38,672 bases of DNA from Eremomyces bilateralis CBS 781.70 (taxonomy: Eukaryota). The notes under the pieces were generated by a model. It was not told the DNA's origin, did not search any database, and saw nothing but the letters and a program-made list of their open reading frames with translations. This document shows, piece after piece, positions 12,058-25,540 of the stretch. A program made the translations under genes and the position numbers. The stretch lies in assembly GCA_010015585.1 (NCBI GenBank), contig ML975190.1. One strand, 5' to 3'. Every line of letters begins with the position of its first letter. The first letter of the stretch is position 1.

Positions 12058-13919
12058 ATGAAGTTCATGCCACTCATGCCGCTCCGTCGCTCTCAGGGTA
12101 GAGTCCTCCCTTCTCCTCCTCCGCCGCACATGCAATCCGACCCCATCCTCCACCCCATCACCAAACCAAAAACCCGATCGGCAAAGGTGGCCGACTCCCA
12201 TCCGCCTCTCCCTCCCACCGCGACGAACCGCCCCCCAAATCCCGCGCGTGTCGGCACCCAACCTCGCATCGGGAGCAATGGCTTCAATTCCAACGACGAC
12301 GCCGCATCCCCCGCGAACGGCAACGGCGCTGCCTCCGGCGCCAAAAACTCTGTCACTGTCCTGCGCAACGGCACGCGCGTGTTGCACGCCACCGGCACGC
12401 ACCCCTCGCCGCCGAAAGGCGTCAAGCGACCGCACGACGACGCGACTGACGCGAAGGCGGTGAAATACCCCAAGAAAACCCAGACGAAACTGAAATTCGC
12501 GCCGCTGCCGCCGATTGGCGCGCGGGATGGGCGAGATGGTGCTGGGGGTTTTTCTGGACATGAGCTCCAGCAGGAGACACGGCAGGATGGGAAGGAGGGT
12601 AAGAAACGCGTGCGGACGCGTAGTGGGCAGGCGACGGCTGCGACCGAGGTGACGGGCCGGAAAAGCGCGCTGGAGCGGATGTTGGTGCCGCCGAAGCCAG
12701 CGGCAGTGGACGCGGTGCAGACGGCGGACAAGCGGACGTTGCGGTCGCAGGACGGGGGCACGCGGATGAAGAGCGATCTGGCGATTTACTTCTCGAACTA
12801 CGACGACATCATCACGGGGGCGCCGAAGGCACGGGGTGAGTGAGAACTGAGAATCCGACCGACCACATGACTGGTGGTGCGAACATGAGTGACTAACGTT
12901 GGATATGCGTAGACGTGATAGAAATCGACAGCAAGATCTTCATCATGGACGAACCGGTTCCCGACGCGACACGTCCCAGCACCTCGCCAGCCGCCTCGAA
13001 AACCCAATCGACCTCCCCATACGCAAAATCCCACCGCCGTTCCGCCGTTTCCTCCAAACCCGAATCCTCCACCTCCAACGGCATCCACCCCGTCCACTTC
13101 CCCAGCATCTCCCCCTCCCTCACCACCCCAACCGACCCCCTCCCGGACACCCACTACTTCAAACCCCACCGGCGCGCCGAGCGCAAAGAGAAGCAACTCC
13201 GCAACATCGAGAAGGAGCGCGCGCAGCACGAGAAGGTGCAGTTGGAGCGGCTGCTCGATGGGCTGCTGAGCCCCGATTGGTTGAAGGTGATGGGAATCTC
13301 CGGGGTGACGGAGAGCGAAAAGAAGGAGTATGAGGAGCGGAGGGCGTATTTCGTACGTGAGGTGAGGGCGCTGGTGGAGAAATTTCGGGTGTGGAAAGAG
13401 GAGGAAAGAAGGTTGAAGATGGAGAGGGAGCAGGCGGTGTTGGCGAGGGAGGCGGCGGCTACGGAGGAGGAACAGCAGGGCGGGGACGAAAGCGAAGACG
13501 GCGAGGATGTAGAGGAAGAGGAGCAAGAACTCTCCCTGGACCCCCCGCGCCACAAACCCCTTCCCCACGACTCCGACTCCACCAGCACCACCGACATTGG
13601 CGCCCACGCCACCCAACAACTCCTCGCCGAAGCCTCCGCATCCCGCCCCTCACCTCCCACCACCCTTCCAACCCCACCCTCCCCCCCCAAACCCTTCACC
13701 AGCTTCTTCGCCAAACCGCACCTCCGCGCGCAGGCGATGGGGCAGCAGCGGCATGGGCGGAAGGCGTACGCGTTTGGGCGGGAGGTAGCGGAGGGCGGAG
13801 AGCGGGAGTTTGAGTTGCCGGAGGAGTTGAGGACGGAGGAGGCGGTGAGGAGGAACGCGAGGAGGAGAAGGAGGGTGAGGAGGAGGACGGGAGGGGAGGA
13901 GGAGGAGGAGGAGGGGTAA
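12058..13919 (+). CDS. SAS4: SAS histone acetyltransferase complex subunit Sas4-like, ~590 aa (start Met uncertain: 12058, 12067 or 12076)
   Basis: Exons 12058-12835 and 12913-13919 (GTGAGT..CTAAC..TAG); Sas4-type segment DPLPDTHY..HRRAERKEKQLRNIEKERAQHEKVQLERLL..DWLKVMGISG. Confidence 0.8.
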
Positions 13920-14406
13920 GGGTTCTGGTGTCTGGAACCCCTACACTGCGGAGTCAGCACGGCGACATGTTCGCGACGGCGAGAGGGGAGGAGTAGGGAG
14001 CCAGGGGGTAGCGGTTCTTCATTCGTCTATCTGTAAAAATGATTCATGGGAAAAGAATAGACCCAAATACACGCGAGAAATCTCTATTTAGCAGTCATTC
14101 ATCTCCAAATTTGTGCCCTCTTTGCTGTGCACGCGGGAGCCATGAAAGAGTGAGGAGAGTCAGGAGGTTGATCATCCCATGAAGAGAATGGCGAATAGAC
14201 AGCGTGAGCAGTAAGAAAAAGAATCGAGAGATGGAGTAGGTAGTACAACAGCATTGGAATATGGCCTATGAGTTTACGATATGACCCCCCTATATAGTCC
14301 GATAAGACGATATAATCTAAGGGATATAATAATAGCCTGTCAACTTGAGTACTCCTTGACTATGTTCATGTGAAATGGCGAGTGAGCGAACGGAATTTAT
14401 GCCTAA

Positions 14407-14419
14407 TTGCCTCAGGCAA
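14407..14419. promoter_or_regulatory. Palindromic element TTGCCTCAGGCAA upstream of TAF2
   Basis: Perfect 6-1-6 palindrome about 300 nt before the TAF2 ATG; binding factor unknown. Confidence 0.35.
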
Positions 14420-14721
14420 ATAACATCCTCCGCGTCCAGCTCAACTTGAACCCTCACTCTACAGCCTCGCGTTTGACGAAGTGAATGCGAGATATCTGAG
14501 TTCCCACCAGGTTCAGACGAACTCGTCTGCTCACCAGCAGTTGTCCCTTTTCAAGCCATTTCACCTACTATATCCTCGTTGTGCTCACCCTCACCAACGT
14601 TCCTGACTGCCTCAATCAGCACCTCCGCAATCCAATCCGCATCACACTCCTGCCTCACCAACCGTCGAGAACGATGAGAACCAACAGACCTCACACTTAC
14701 CAAGACTAATCCTCCACTGCA

Positions 14722-17700
14722 ATGATGGCTTCGGCCACCGACGAACGCAAATCCTCATCCGGCGAAACCTCTCGCCCTCCCCTCCCTCCTCCCGAATACC
14801 TCGTCCAATCCCAAACCATCGACCTCGACATCGACCTCCTCCGCCAACGCATCCAAGGCCGCGCCGAACTCGCCGTTCAACCCCAGAAAGACCATCCAGG
14901 TCCCATCCCCCTCAACTTCCGCAGCGGCACCATCAAAGCCATCACCGTTAACGGCGTGCGCGCCACCTACACGCACGCCGACCCGTTCGCAAACCTCCGC
15001 GTCCGCCGCCGCAACGTCTCGCACCACGACCGCATCCGCGACGACCTGGGGGTCGCGCTGGACGAGCCGCTTGAGCCGCAGGTGCAGATCAAGATCCCGA
15101 AGGGGGTGCGGTTCGAGAAGACGCGGTTCGGGACGCCGGGGGAGAGGGGGAAGCTGAAGCTGCTGAGCGTGGCGGATGCATTTCTCGGGCATGAATTGCC
15201 GATGGGCAAAGATGCGACCACGACGTATGAGCCGGTGAAGGTGGTGGTGCAGTATGAGATTACGGATTGCAGGGAGTGCATGCATTTCGTGGGGGTGGAC
15301 GAGAACGACAGTCGGTTCCCGCATGCGTACACGCTCAATTCGCCTTATCCCGGGTCGGCGTCGACCCTCTTTCCCTGCATTGACGGGTTCGACTCGCGAT
15401 CCCTCTACAATGTTTCCGTCCGCGTTCCTCGAACCGTTGGGGATCTGTTCTCCGGCGCGGGGAAGATCGGAGACGAGCTGGCGGCCAATTTGACTGAGGA
15501 AGAGAAGGGTATGGAGATGGCGGTGCTGGGTTCCGGGGACTTGACAGACGAGATTGTCGATGCGGAAGATAAATCGCATAAGACGTTCTCGTTCAAGTGT
15601 GATATGCCAATCACCGCCCGGCATTTCGGAATTGCAGTTGGTCCGTTCGAACATGTGGATCTTGCGGAGTACCGGGAGAGCGAACAGGATGAGCGTCTGG
15701 GTGACAGTGCTGTTCATGTGCATGGTTTCTGTCTTCCCAATCGGAGCAAGGACTTGCGGAATACTTGCCTGCCTATCGCAATGGTGAGATTGCACCAGTG
15801 TCCTGAATTTGCGCCATCTAACACATTTTAGAGCATCGACCACTTCACACAGAAATACAGCACCTTCCCATTCAAGACCTACAAGATGTGCTTTATCGAC
15901 GACCTCGACGTAAACGTGGCACATACAGCAAGCCTCTCGATTTGTAGTTCGAGACTGCTATTTCCTGAGAAGATCATTGACACTATGGACGACGTGACTC
16001 TCGCCCTCGTGCATGGGGTTGCCTGTCAATGGGCGGGAATCATGGTCGTTCCGAAAACCCCACTAGACGCATGGGTTACCGCTGGCGCTTCGATGTACAT
16101 GGCATTGCTCTTCATGCGCGAGCTGTGGGGGAGGAACGAATACCGATTCCGTCACAAAGACATGATCGACAAGGTCTTTGAAATGGACGTGAATCGACAG
16201 TCCCTCGAAAATCTTGGCCCCCTTCTCTCACTCGATCCCTCCGAAGCGGAGTTCATGAATATGAAGGCTCCATTGGTTCTTTACATCTTGAATAATCGTA
16301 TCATCAAAGCCATGGGCCGCAATGGCGTCGACCGTATCCTCTGGAAGACGTTCACTCAGGCATTGTCAGGCACGGGACCCGAAGCCTCCATCACCACCGA
16401 GGCGTTCCGGAAGATCTGCGAGCGAGTCGGACACATGAACTTCGAGGTCTTCTTCGGTCAGTGGGTCCAATCGTCGGGGTGTCCCAAATTCTACGTCGGG
16501 CAGAAGTTCAACAAGAAGAAGCTGGTGGTCGAGTTGACGTTCCGACAGAACAACGGATTAGCCAGCGTGGATCAATCATTTACGGCCGATTCGTTGACGC
16601 GCAAGTTTAAAGAAGCGGCGACGGGCGTCCCGAGTACCCAGACACCATCACTCTTTACAGGACCGATGACGGTGAGAATCCACGAAGCGGATGGGACGCC
16701 CTACGAGCATATCGTGGAAATCAAGGAGATGGTTACGAGAATCGATATCCCCTACAACACCAAGTACAAACGACTGAAGCGGAGTAAGCGACAGAAAGAG
16801 CGCGCCGCGATCAATTCCGGTGTGGACGTTGCTGATGCGCAAGATGACGTTCTCGTGTACTGCCTTGGTGACGTGCTGCAGACCGAGGACGAAGTTCAGG
16901 ATTGGAGTCTCGTTGATTGGTCCCGAGAAGACGAGATCAAGATGGGCGAGGAGTCGTACGAATGGGTTCGTGTGGACAAAGATTTCGAGTGGATCGGCGA
17001 GATCCAATTCAATCAGCCGCATTACATGTTTGTTTCCCAGCTACAGCAAGACCATGACGTTGTGGCACAGGTCGAGGTAAGATCATCTTTCCTCCCCACG
17101 AGAATAGTCACTGACAAACGATTAGGCATTGAAATACCTGGACAAACAACAGCCCTTCCCTATCATCTCTACCATTCTCGTCCGCACCCTCATGGACACG
17201 CGATACTACTACCGGATTCGCCTGCATGCCGCCAGGTCCCTTGTCAAGTGCGCCACCGACACCATAAACTGGGTCGGCTTAGAACATCTCGAGAAAGCAT
17301 ATCAAGAGCTCTTCTGCATCCCCGGCTCTGGATTACCTCGACCGAATGACTTCTCTCAGCGTGAAAACTACGCGATTCAGTGCGAGATCAACAAGGCCGT
17401 CTCGACCGTCAAAGACAGCTCGGGCAAGTCCACGCCGCGAGTCAAGCAGTTCCTACTGGATAAATTGAAGTTCAATGAGAACTCAGAGAACCCGTACTCC
17501 GATGTCTTCTATGTTTCCATGCTGTTAAGCGCCTTGACCGAAACTCTTCTGGTCAAACAGGAGCGTGGGCAATCCTCATTCACCTTCGAAGACGAGGACG
17601 AGGATAATGAGATGGCATTTGTTAAATTCGTTCTTGGTGAGCTCGAAAGATATCGACGGATTGACGAGTGGGTGCCGTCGTTCCACAACATCTACTCCAC

Positions 17701-18390
17701 TACCACCTTGGAGTGCCTGGCGAAACTCGTCCAACACAAGGTCGTCAACCTAAAAGGCGCCGAATTCTTTCAGTACACCCGGCCGAGCAACTGGGGCGAG
17801 GTGCGCCTCAAAGCATTCGAGGCACTGATTGACGTGGGCCTTCTGCAAGCGCCAGGCGTTCTCTCTTTCCTACTCTACTCATTCGAATCCGAGAAATCTC
17901 CATACATGAGACGACGACTCTGGAGTATTTTCGAACGAGGCATCTCAAAGGTTGCGCTGGGCGAGTTCCGCAAGGAACCCGAAAAGCCGGCAACAAACGG
18001 TCTCATTGTCGAGGGAGATAGCAGTGCGCAGACCCAGCGACAGGTCCAGAAGCAGCGCACCACCGAAGTTGGGGGAGCGTTGGACGCGCTTAGAAAGGAG
18101 CTTAGCAACAACGAGTCACTACGAACGGCACTCACCGGCATCCTGCGCTCAAACAGCCTCACCCTCCAAGAATACTCCGCGGTCCTTGACATCTGTAACC
18201 TCCTCTACGAGCCCGTTAAAGGCGGCCTTATCGTCAAGCTCCGCTACCCCCGCTTCTGGCGTTGTGAAAACCTCGGCGATGGCAAGCTGCGTTTCTACAA
18301 CACCTCCCGAATCCGCACCACCAAAACCCCCAAATGGAAACCCATCGCTCCCGCCATCCCACGCCTCTCCATCAAAACCTCCATCTCGAA

Positions 18391-18423
<33 letters not shown>

Positions 18424-18877
18424 CGCACCGGCACCCGCACCGGCACCCGTACCCGCCTCCCGCCCCGCCCCGTCCCCCACCGACTCTCGAAAACGTCGCC
18501 GCAGCAGCACCGCCGAAGACGATGCCCCCCTCATGAGCACCAAAGCCGCCCGCGAGACCCCCGTCCAGAAACGCACCCCGCTCCTCAAGCTGAAGACGAA
18601 GCTGCCGGAGCCCGCGACCCCACCGCGGAAGATCTTGAAGCTGAAGCTGCCGAGCGGCGGGTTGCGGCGGTTTCAGGAGTCGTTGCAGGTGCCACAGCAG
18701 CCGGCGAGCGACAGGCTTGAGGCGACGCCGTCGACGGTGAAGTCGGCGAGTCCGGCAGTGGGGGCGCCGGCGGCGGAGCAGGAGTCGGTGAATGGGAAGA
18801 AGTCGCCGCAGACGCCGATGGGGGGGCCGTTGAAGCGGGTGATTTCTTTCAAGACGAAGTTTTCGGGGAAGCCGTGA
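14722..18877 (+). CDS. TAF2: TFIID subunit 2 (M1 aminopeptidase-like fold), ~1352 aa
   Basis: Exons 14722-15783, 15832-17076, 17126-18877; motifs FPCIDG, GPMTVRIHEADGTPYEHIV, DIPYNTKYKRLKR, EWVRVDKDFEW, LPRPNDFS. Confidence 0.95.
18392..18457 (+). repeat. Coding hexanucleotide repeat encoding (Pro-Ala)n in the TAF2 C-terminal tail
   Basis: About 11 units of CCC/CCG-GCN, encoding PAPAPAPAPAPAPAPAPAPVPA. Confidence 0.9.
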
Positions 18878-19304
18878 TTTCAGATACGGTTGACCGACTG
18901 ACTCAGGGGGGACTATATCAACACGAGTCTGGGTCCATTGGAGAAACGGGCCACATTTGCGTTTTTGTGTTTTTCAGCTAAAAGCGTTCGTATTATGCAT
19001 AGCGTGATGGAGTTCCTTTATTTTCGGCTCGACGGGTTTCAGCATATGGTATGGGAATGGGCATTTATAACGGACGCGGGCGCGCGAATGGCGTCAGGCG
19101 GGATACCACAGGGCACAGGTACTTCGGTACAGGAAAAGGGCTTTCTGTACATTATCCGGACACTAAAAGGAACAGCAATATGTAAGTTGCAAACCATGAT
19201 CGCTGGTGATATGCGACGCTCGCCTATTTAAACAATTACGCAATTCCTTTCTCCCCAAGCACGAATAACGCCATTAAACCATTCCCCCGGTCCTTGGACC
19301 ACGT

Positions 19305-22300
19305 TCATAGCACGATGAGAAGCTCATGCCTCGCCAACTTCTCATCCTCCATGTTCGGATAGTACGGCACCATCCCATCGGAATTTTGCACGTACGCATC
19401 ATTGTACAGCCGCCAATACGGCTGCCGCACTTTCCTCGCCGGATGGAACAAGCCCGCCCACACATAGTTCATCACCATGCCGCTCCCCACCGTCATCCGC
19501 ACCGCGTCGATCGCCTCGATGATCCGATCGATGACGTGCGGGCTCGTCTCGAAGATATTCGGGAAGAGCAGATTCAGAAGATGCAGCATGGCGTCCTCAC
19601 ATCCGAGGCCCACGACGCCCAACGCCACATGCTTGACGACCGACGCGGCGGTCTGCCGATGCACCTGATCGCGGTCGATCAGCGCGTCCTCCAGCAGCGG
19701 GGTAACAGCGTAGACGTAGTCCTTCGCCATCTCGCCGATGTACTCGAAGAGGAAGGAGAGGGATTTGAGGACACCGTTTTGGACGTTGAGTTCGGGAACG
19801 CGGTATTCGTTCATGAGGGCGGGGAGCACGGTGAAGGGGGCGCAGGTCTCGGCGACGATGCCGATGGCGACAGCGGTGCAGACGCGGGACTGGCGTTCCT
19901 GGACGCGGAGGTTGTTGAGGAGGGTGGCGAGGACGTCCTGCGGGCCGATGGCCTTGGCGATGAAACCGAAGGTGTTGTTGGCGGCGCGGCGGATGCCCTT
20001 TTTGTGGGCCTTGAGCATGTCGAGGAGCTCGAAGCAGATGCGCATCCATTCGCGCGCGTTGACGGATTCGGGGCCGCGGTCAGCGATGCGGCCGACGAGG
20101 TCGATGGTGTTTTCTTGCACTTTTTCGTGCCGGTTGCGGAGGATGGGGGTGAGGCGGGGAAGGAGGTCTTTGATGGGAGGCTGCATTTGGTTGATGCCGA
20201 CGACGGTGACAATGGAGCGTAGGGCACCGAGGATGGAGCCGAGAACTTCGGGGTATTCTTCTCCTAGGTACTCGTACAGGACCGTGCCGAGTTTTCCCAT
20301 GAGGTGATCCTCGCCGCATTGCTTCATGATCATAGCGATGCGTGATACGAGATCGGCAGCCTGCTGTCGGACGGTAGGAGCCTTGTTGTTGAGGCGCCAG
20401 AGAATAGTGCTGACGATTTGAGCCAGGTATGGCTTGCATCGAGTGCCAAGTGCGTTGACGACGGTTCCGAAGCCATTGAGGAGGATGATGTCTTCGATAC
20501 TTTGCTCCTGGAACGCGTGAAGAATACCGTCGACCAGTCTCTCCTCCAGCTTCTCACCAATATCAGCGGCACCGAGACTGGCCACCAATTTCTCGATCGT
20601 CTCGACGGTCATCTTCCGGTACGGCTCACTCTCGTCCTTGAGGTTGTTCACGACTCGTTCCAAGATCTCCCCAACACCAACCTTCTGGCCAAGGTCCACC
20701 GTCGTCTCGACCACTTGACGATAATTCCGCTTGTCCAACGCCATGCGCCGGACCCAGAAGCTCTTGAAGAAATCGGGGAGAACGGTCTCCTTGAGATAGC
20801 CAGCAGTCACACCCTCAGTGTTCGCGCACTGCGAGACGACCTTCAACACGACCTTCTTCATCTCCTCGTCGGGTGAAGAGAACTCTCGCAGAAGGATTTC
20901 CATGATCTGGCTGGTGTAGTAGTTGGCATATTCTTCGTCCATCAGCGGAATGATATATCCCACGGCCTTCAAGAAGCCCGCCAATCCCTTGCCGCGTTGC
21001 TTCCTGGCGCCTGTCCAAAGCGGATTCAGGATCTCGTCAAAGCTCTCAATACCATACGGATTCGCCGCTTCCGCCAGCGCAGCGATGGCCAGCGACGTGA
21101 CGGTCCGAACCTTCGCTTGCTCGTCGTTGAGATTGTCGCCGATGCAGTCAACCAGTCCCTTGAGGTGGGGAAGGATGGCGCAGCCCATGAGGATCGGAAT
21201 CTGCTGCACAATCTTGACACCGGTGTGTCGGGCCTGCCATGATTTCTTGCTTCGACAAACCGCTCGCAGGAAGGGTAGAAGTGCGGGAATACCGAGGGCA
21301 GACGCGACGACCGCAAAGGCGCGCGCTGTAGTGTTTCGGACATACTCGTCAACGTGATCGATATCCGGGCGCATCGTGCTGATCATGTGTGCTAAACCAG
21401 CAGCCTTGCTAAGATTCGAGATGATTTCTCGGCCTTCCACTCGCGCATAGTAGTCCTGGTCGATCAACAGTGGCTCGATGACGACCAATATCTTGTGCAC
21501 GTATGGTCGGACTAGATCGTCTAGCTTGTAGAGGATGCGATCAATAACCTTGACTAGCAAATGTCGTTCTTGATCCTCCAATGTCTTCTCCATCAACAGT
21601 GGTAATATTTGGTTGAACAGGGGGCCGGCACCGAACTGCCTGGCGTTGTCGGTCAGCTGTCGTAAGGCAGTCTTTCGCATTGGCGGTGTGCCGTTCTTGA
21701 CTTTGAGTAGTAGTCGCATGATCTTGCGCTCTTTCAACTCTTCAACAGACATCTCGTTCTCGTCCGCTCCGTCGACTAGCTTCCCGAAGTACGCCATATC
21801 TTCAGTCTTAAAGAATTGCAAGTCCCCCACGCCAGGAATTTCCGTTGGTAGCTGTTTGCCCAGCATCCTCTCATTCGCCGGCTCCTGCATCATGAACCCT
21901 CCGTATCCGCTCGTGGGCGTTTGCTGTATCGGAACCGCGCGACGTACCCCAGCCTGGGTATACTGATACCCTGGCGGCGGCTCGAGGATCTTGTATCCTT
22001 CAGACGGAAGCAGCATGTCCAACTCTTCGTCCGAAAAAGCTGCTGCCCGACCCGAAATATCGGTTCCGAAGCCACTGGAAGGATGCGCTGGCGTTACCAT
22101 CCCCGCGCCAGCGGCAGGCGTCGCGCCGCCTAATGCTGGAGCTTGGTCCCATCGTGATCGTCTCTTCGGTGCCTCCGCAGCTTCGGTTCCAGGGGCAGCG
22201 GGCGTCTCGTCCCAGCGGGACTTTTTCTTGGCAGCCTGCTGCTTCGCGGTGTCTTCGTCCGCAGCCGCTGCTGGAGTCTCCGTCCCAACATCCCACCTCT

Positions 22301-22979
22301 GCTTCCTCTTCCTCCCCGCGGCGACCGCGACGGCTGCGCCGGCCTCGCGATTCTCCTTGTCGCTTATGGTATCCTTCTTCAAAGTCGGTTCATGCTCGAT
22401 CTGCATGGGCTCTCCCTTCTTCTCTCGATCTTCGAGGATCCGCTTGACCCGTTCCTCCTCTCTCTCGATATCCCTTTGCACCATGATTTCGCGATAGCTC
22501 TGACCTTCGCCTTCCGGGATGCCCGCTTGAGAATTCGCCGCAAATGCATCTGCCCTCGTCGGTGTGAGTGGGCCGCGATCATGCCTCCGTTTCTGATAGT
22601 CCGTCTCGCGCGACGCGATCTGCGCTTGTTTCTCCCGGCTCATCAAGATGTCTTCTTCCTCCGTTTCTCCATGCGCAAACTCGTCCATCTGCGCGCGTGT
22701 GGCTGTATATTGTCCCACGAGCCGCCGGCTGCTATCGTCGCCGTTCATGCCGTCCATTTCCTCGTCATCACCGCCGACGGCGATGGACGTGTCGTAACCA
22801 GCAAACTTATCGAGGCCGTTTCGACTGTACAGTTCGGTGTCCATGGCATCAGTGAGAGAGGCTTTGGTATCGGCTCGTTGGTCGGACGAATCGAAAGCCT
22901 TGCCCTTCGACTTCGTGGCTGCGGCAGCATTGCGCTCCTGCTGGAGGCGCTTGACGGCCTCGAAATCGGCGTCGGACAT
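19305..22979 (-). CDS. SF3B1: U2 snRNP splicing factor 3B subunit 1 (Hsh155/Prp10), 1224 aa, intronless
   Basis: Single ORF; three N-terminal ULM motifs (RKQRWD, KKSRWD, RRSRWD) and HEAT repeats with [46 protein letters not shown]. Confidence 0.98.
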   Translation of the reverse strand: MSDADFEAVKRLQQERNAAAATKSKGKAFDSSDQRADTKASLTDAMDTELYSRNGLDKFAGYDTSIAVGGDDEEMDGMNGDDSSRRLVGQYTATRAQMDEFAHGETEEEDILMSREKQAQIASRETDYQKRRHDRGPLTPTRADAFAANSQAGIPEGEGQSYREIMVQRDIEREEERVKRILEDREKKGEPMQIEHEPTLKKDTISDKENREAGAAVAVAAGRKRKQRWDVGTETPAAAADEDTAKQQAAKKKSRWDETPAAPGTEAAEAPKRRSRWDQAPALGGATPAAGAGMVTPAHPSSGFGTDISGRAAAFSDEELDMLLPSEGYKILEPPPGYQYTQAGVRRAVPIQQTPTSGYGGFMMQEPANERMLGKQLPTEIPGVGDLQFFKTEDMAYFGKLVDGADENEMSVEELKERKIMRLLLKVKNGTPPMRKTALRQLTDNARQFGAGPLFNQILPLLMEKTLEDQERHLLVKVIDRILYKLDDLVRPYVHKILVVIEPLLIDQDYYARVEGREIISNLSKAAGLAHMISTMRPDIDHVDEYVRNTTARAFAVVASALGIPALLPFLRAVCRSKKSWQARHTGVKIVQQIPILMGCAILPHLKGLVDCIGDNLNDEQAKVRTVTSLAIAALAEAANPYGIESFDEILNPLWTGARKQRGKGLAGFLKAVGYIIPLMDEEYANYYTSQIMEILLREFSSPDEEMKKVVLKVVSQCANTEGVTAGYLKETVLPDFFKSFWVRRMALDKRNYRQVVETTVDLGQKVGVGEILERVVNNLKDESEPYRKMTVETIEKLVASLGAADIGEKLEERLVDGILHAFQEQSIEDIILLNGFGTVVNALGTRCKPYLAQIVSTILWRLNNKAPTVRQQAADLVSRIAMIMKQCGEDHLMGKLGTVLYEYLGEEYPEVLGSILGALRSIVTVVGINQMQPPIKDLLPRLTPILRNRHEKVQENTIDLVGRIADRGPESVNAREWMRICFELLDMLKAHKKGIRRAANNTFGFIAKAIGPQDVLATLLNNLRVQERQSRVCTAVAIGIVAETCAPFTVLPALMNEYRVPELNVQNGVLKSLSFLFEYIGEMAKDYVYAVTPLLEDALIDRDQVHRQTAASVVKHVALGVVGLGCEDAMLHLLNLLFPNIFETSPHVIDRIIEAIDAVRMTVGSGMVMNYVWAGLFHPARKVRQPYWRLYNDAYVQNSDGMVPYYPNMEDEKLARHELLIVL

Positions 22980-23445
22980 GTTGACATTTACTGCAGAGCT
23001 TTTCGACTCGATGGGCAGTGAGACAGGAGATGTGCCAGTTTGAGGTTGGAGGTTTGGGTCAATGAAGGTCGGGGTGTATGTTTCCCTTCAATCCAACAAT
23101 CTGATGAGGTTGAGCCTCCAGGCGTTCCGTATGGAAATTTGGTGGAATGATACTGGTCACGTTACTTGAAGGGCCGTAATTTACTGGCCAATAATAGCTT
23201 ATTTATTTCAAACTAAAATTTAGTCAGTATAACTAGGCCATATGCGGTCTAGCATTTGCAACCTCCCTGGCGCGATACGAAATCCAGTCGCGACTCCCGA
23301 CATGTTGGCATTGTGAAGAGTTGGCGAGTGATGATCTATATAACCATAATACCCGAACAACTACCCAAGTTCGACACTTATTCTCGTCTAAGAATCCAGA
23401 GCCATTTGCCAGATCATAGCAATCACCCCATCGCTTCCATTCACC

Positions 23446-24108
23446 ATGCAAGAGGCCACCGACGAAGGCGCATCCACGGCCCCCACGAACGGCACCACAA
23501 ACTCCCCAGCAATCCCCGAACCACTCTCCCAGCCCGGCGCCGTATGTCCTATTCCTCCCATCTCCCTCACCCCATTCACCAGTCGCCTATACGTCGAGCC
23601 CCTCCCCGTGCCCCCTCACATCCAGCAATACCACCCTGCCATCCTCTCCCCACTAACCCAATCCTTTTCCCAGGACCCCTCCACCGTCCCCCAACCACAT
23701 CCACCACAGCAACAACAGCAACCGACCGCCTCCGCCTCCGCTGCTCCTGCAAACGCGAATCAGGCAATGGCTGGCTCCGGCCCCGGCCCCGGCCACTCGA
23801 CCGCCTCGTCGCCGGCCCCTGCTGCCGCGAGAGGATCACCGCATCTGGGTCAACAGGCACAAGCGGCGGCGCTGCCTACACAGCCGGCGATTCATGGGTC
23901 GCCGACGAGGATATATTTGAATACGAATGTCACGCCTCATTTGTTGGAGGGGATGAAATACTTGGCGGTCAATGAGTGAGTGGATTGGTGGACGGTTCGG
24001 GTTTAGAGTGGGTGAGGTTGATGCTAATGGTTGAGTAGGCCAGAGAAGCCGCTGAAGTGGTTGTCGGAGTTCCTCGCGCAGAAGAGCGTTGAGATCGAAG
24101 GGGCATGA
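23446..24108 (+). CDS. SDC1: COMPASS subunit Sdc1/Dpy-30, ~155 aa
   Basis: Exons 23446-23541, 23674-23975, 24039-24108; Dpy-30 motif HGSPTRIYLNTNVTPHLLEGMKYLAVNEPEKPLKWLSEFL. Confidence 0.9.
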
Positions 24109-24476
24109 GGGCTTGGCGACTATGACGAACTGTTCGACAGATGTTGGCAAGGTTCGTTTGACAGGCATGATGGATTCGGGACGCAGTCACATTGCACGGT
24201 CATATCAATTCAAAAGCATAGCGAGGAGTACGGATGATTTTGAGTTTGATATATTTGCATTGGACATCTACGACCCACGACAAGTGGTCCGGTCCGCTAC
24301 AGCAATAGCAAGAATGCTATATTTTTCCTCCCCTCCTGGTACACTTCTACATTTCCCGGCTGTACGCATCAAAGTAATCGACCTTGACGCCATTCAGATG
24401 ATGCATATTGGCCATGAAGTGTGCCTGTCCAGCGCTCCGGGCCTTGGCCCCTTGCGACCTCTACCGCCATCGACGT

Positions 24477-25188
24477 TTATGAGACGAGGGTGCTGGCAGT
24501 GGCGCTCTCGTACTTCCAGGTCGGGGCGACGACGCCAACAGACTTGTAGTAACGGGAGAGACGGTGGATACGGGACTCGATGAGAATCATGCGGAACTTG
24601 GAGTCACGGTCCTTGCGGTTGCGCTCGAGATGCTTGCGGACGGCGACGGCCTGGAGGAAGCGAGTCAGAAGGTTCACGGGCGGAAAGGCGGGAGTATGTG
24701 GTTACCTTTCGGATCAACATGTACAGATCCTCGGGGATCTCTGGCGCAAGGCCTGTTGTCACAACGTCAGTCATAGTTGACCAAACGAAGGCTCATAAGG
24801 ACAATCGAGGTCATGATAAGTGAGGGAGTTTTTCTCGTCACATCAATCGCTCTCATGTCACTTGTTGTTGTCTCATACCATTGGACTTCAAGATCCTCAG
24901 AATCTTGTTACCTATTCAACTGTTAGCCATCCGTTCCCGCGTCCGTTTCACCAAGATTTCCTCCATGGAGGCTCTCCGTCACATACCAGTAACGATCTTC
25001 ACCTGCGCAATTCCATGCGAATCCCTCAGGACAACACCAATCTGCGACGGCGTGGCGCCCTTCTTGGCCAGCTTGCAGATCTGCTCCTCGACCTGGTCGG
25101 GGGTGGCCTTCAACCACGCCGGGGCGGTGCGGGAGTAGGGGATGGTGGAGGACGATATGCCCTTGCCATTGCTGTGAAGACGACCCAT
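24477..25188 (-). CDS. RPS13: 40S ribosomal protein S13 (uS15), 151 aa
   Basis: Exons 25188-24987, 24911-24879, 24752-24706, 24650-24477 total 456 nt; [51 protein letters not shown]. Confidence 0.98.
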
Positions 25189-25314
25189 GTTGGCGGTATG
25201 AAAATGAGAACCGGGAGACGAGTTCTTGGATGTCGAAGGTGGATGGAGTCGGAGGATGAAGTTCGAAGTTGGTGAGAGGAAATTTCGCTTGGGATTGTGG
25301 GTGGGGCTTGGCAA

Positions 25315-25321
25315 TCACGTG
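25315..25321. promoter_or_regulatory. E-box TCACGTG (Cbf1-type bHLH site) in the RPS13/snoRNA-host divergent promoter
   Basis: TCACGTG about 127 nt upstream of the RPS13 ATG; Cbf1 sites occur in ribosomal-protein promoters of some ascomycetes. Confidence 0.4.
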
Positions 25322-25540
25322 GTCCGTGCGCCAACTTCCACGACGTTTAAGAAAAGTTTCTGCCGTCAACAACAACTTCCTCCGTCACTCACTGACTTAC
25401 AAATGGATTTCAAACTCAAAACAATGTCGTCAAGTCAGATATCACGTATTTGGGTCAATTCTGATGACTCGACACATCAATGACCTCCACAATTTTTCAA
25501 GGTGGTGTAGATATTCGCCTCCGAACTCACAAATTATAAG

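Noticed and set aside
14755..15924. 389-aa antisense ORF (also 19326-20222, 13154-13960, 12798-13619, 26632-27219)
   Set aside because: Shadow ORFs opposite GC-rich, codon-biased genes; no recognisable motifs.
24753..24878. RPS13 intron 2 as a possible snoRNA host
   Set aside because: Only a variant C box (GTGACGA); the sole CTGA coincides with the branch point; no clear rRNA guide.
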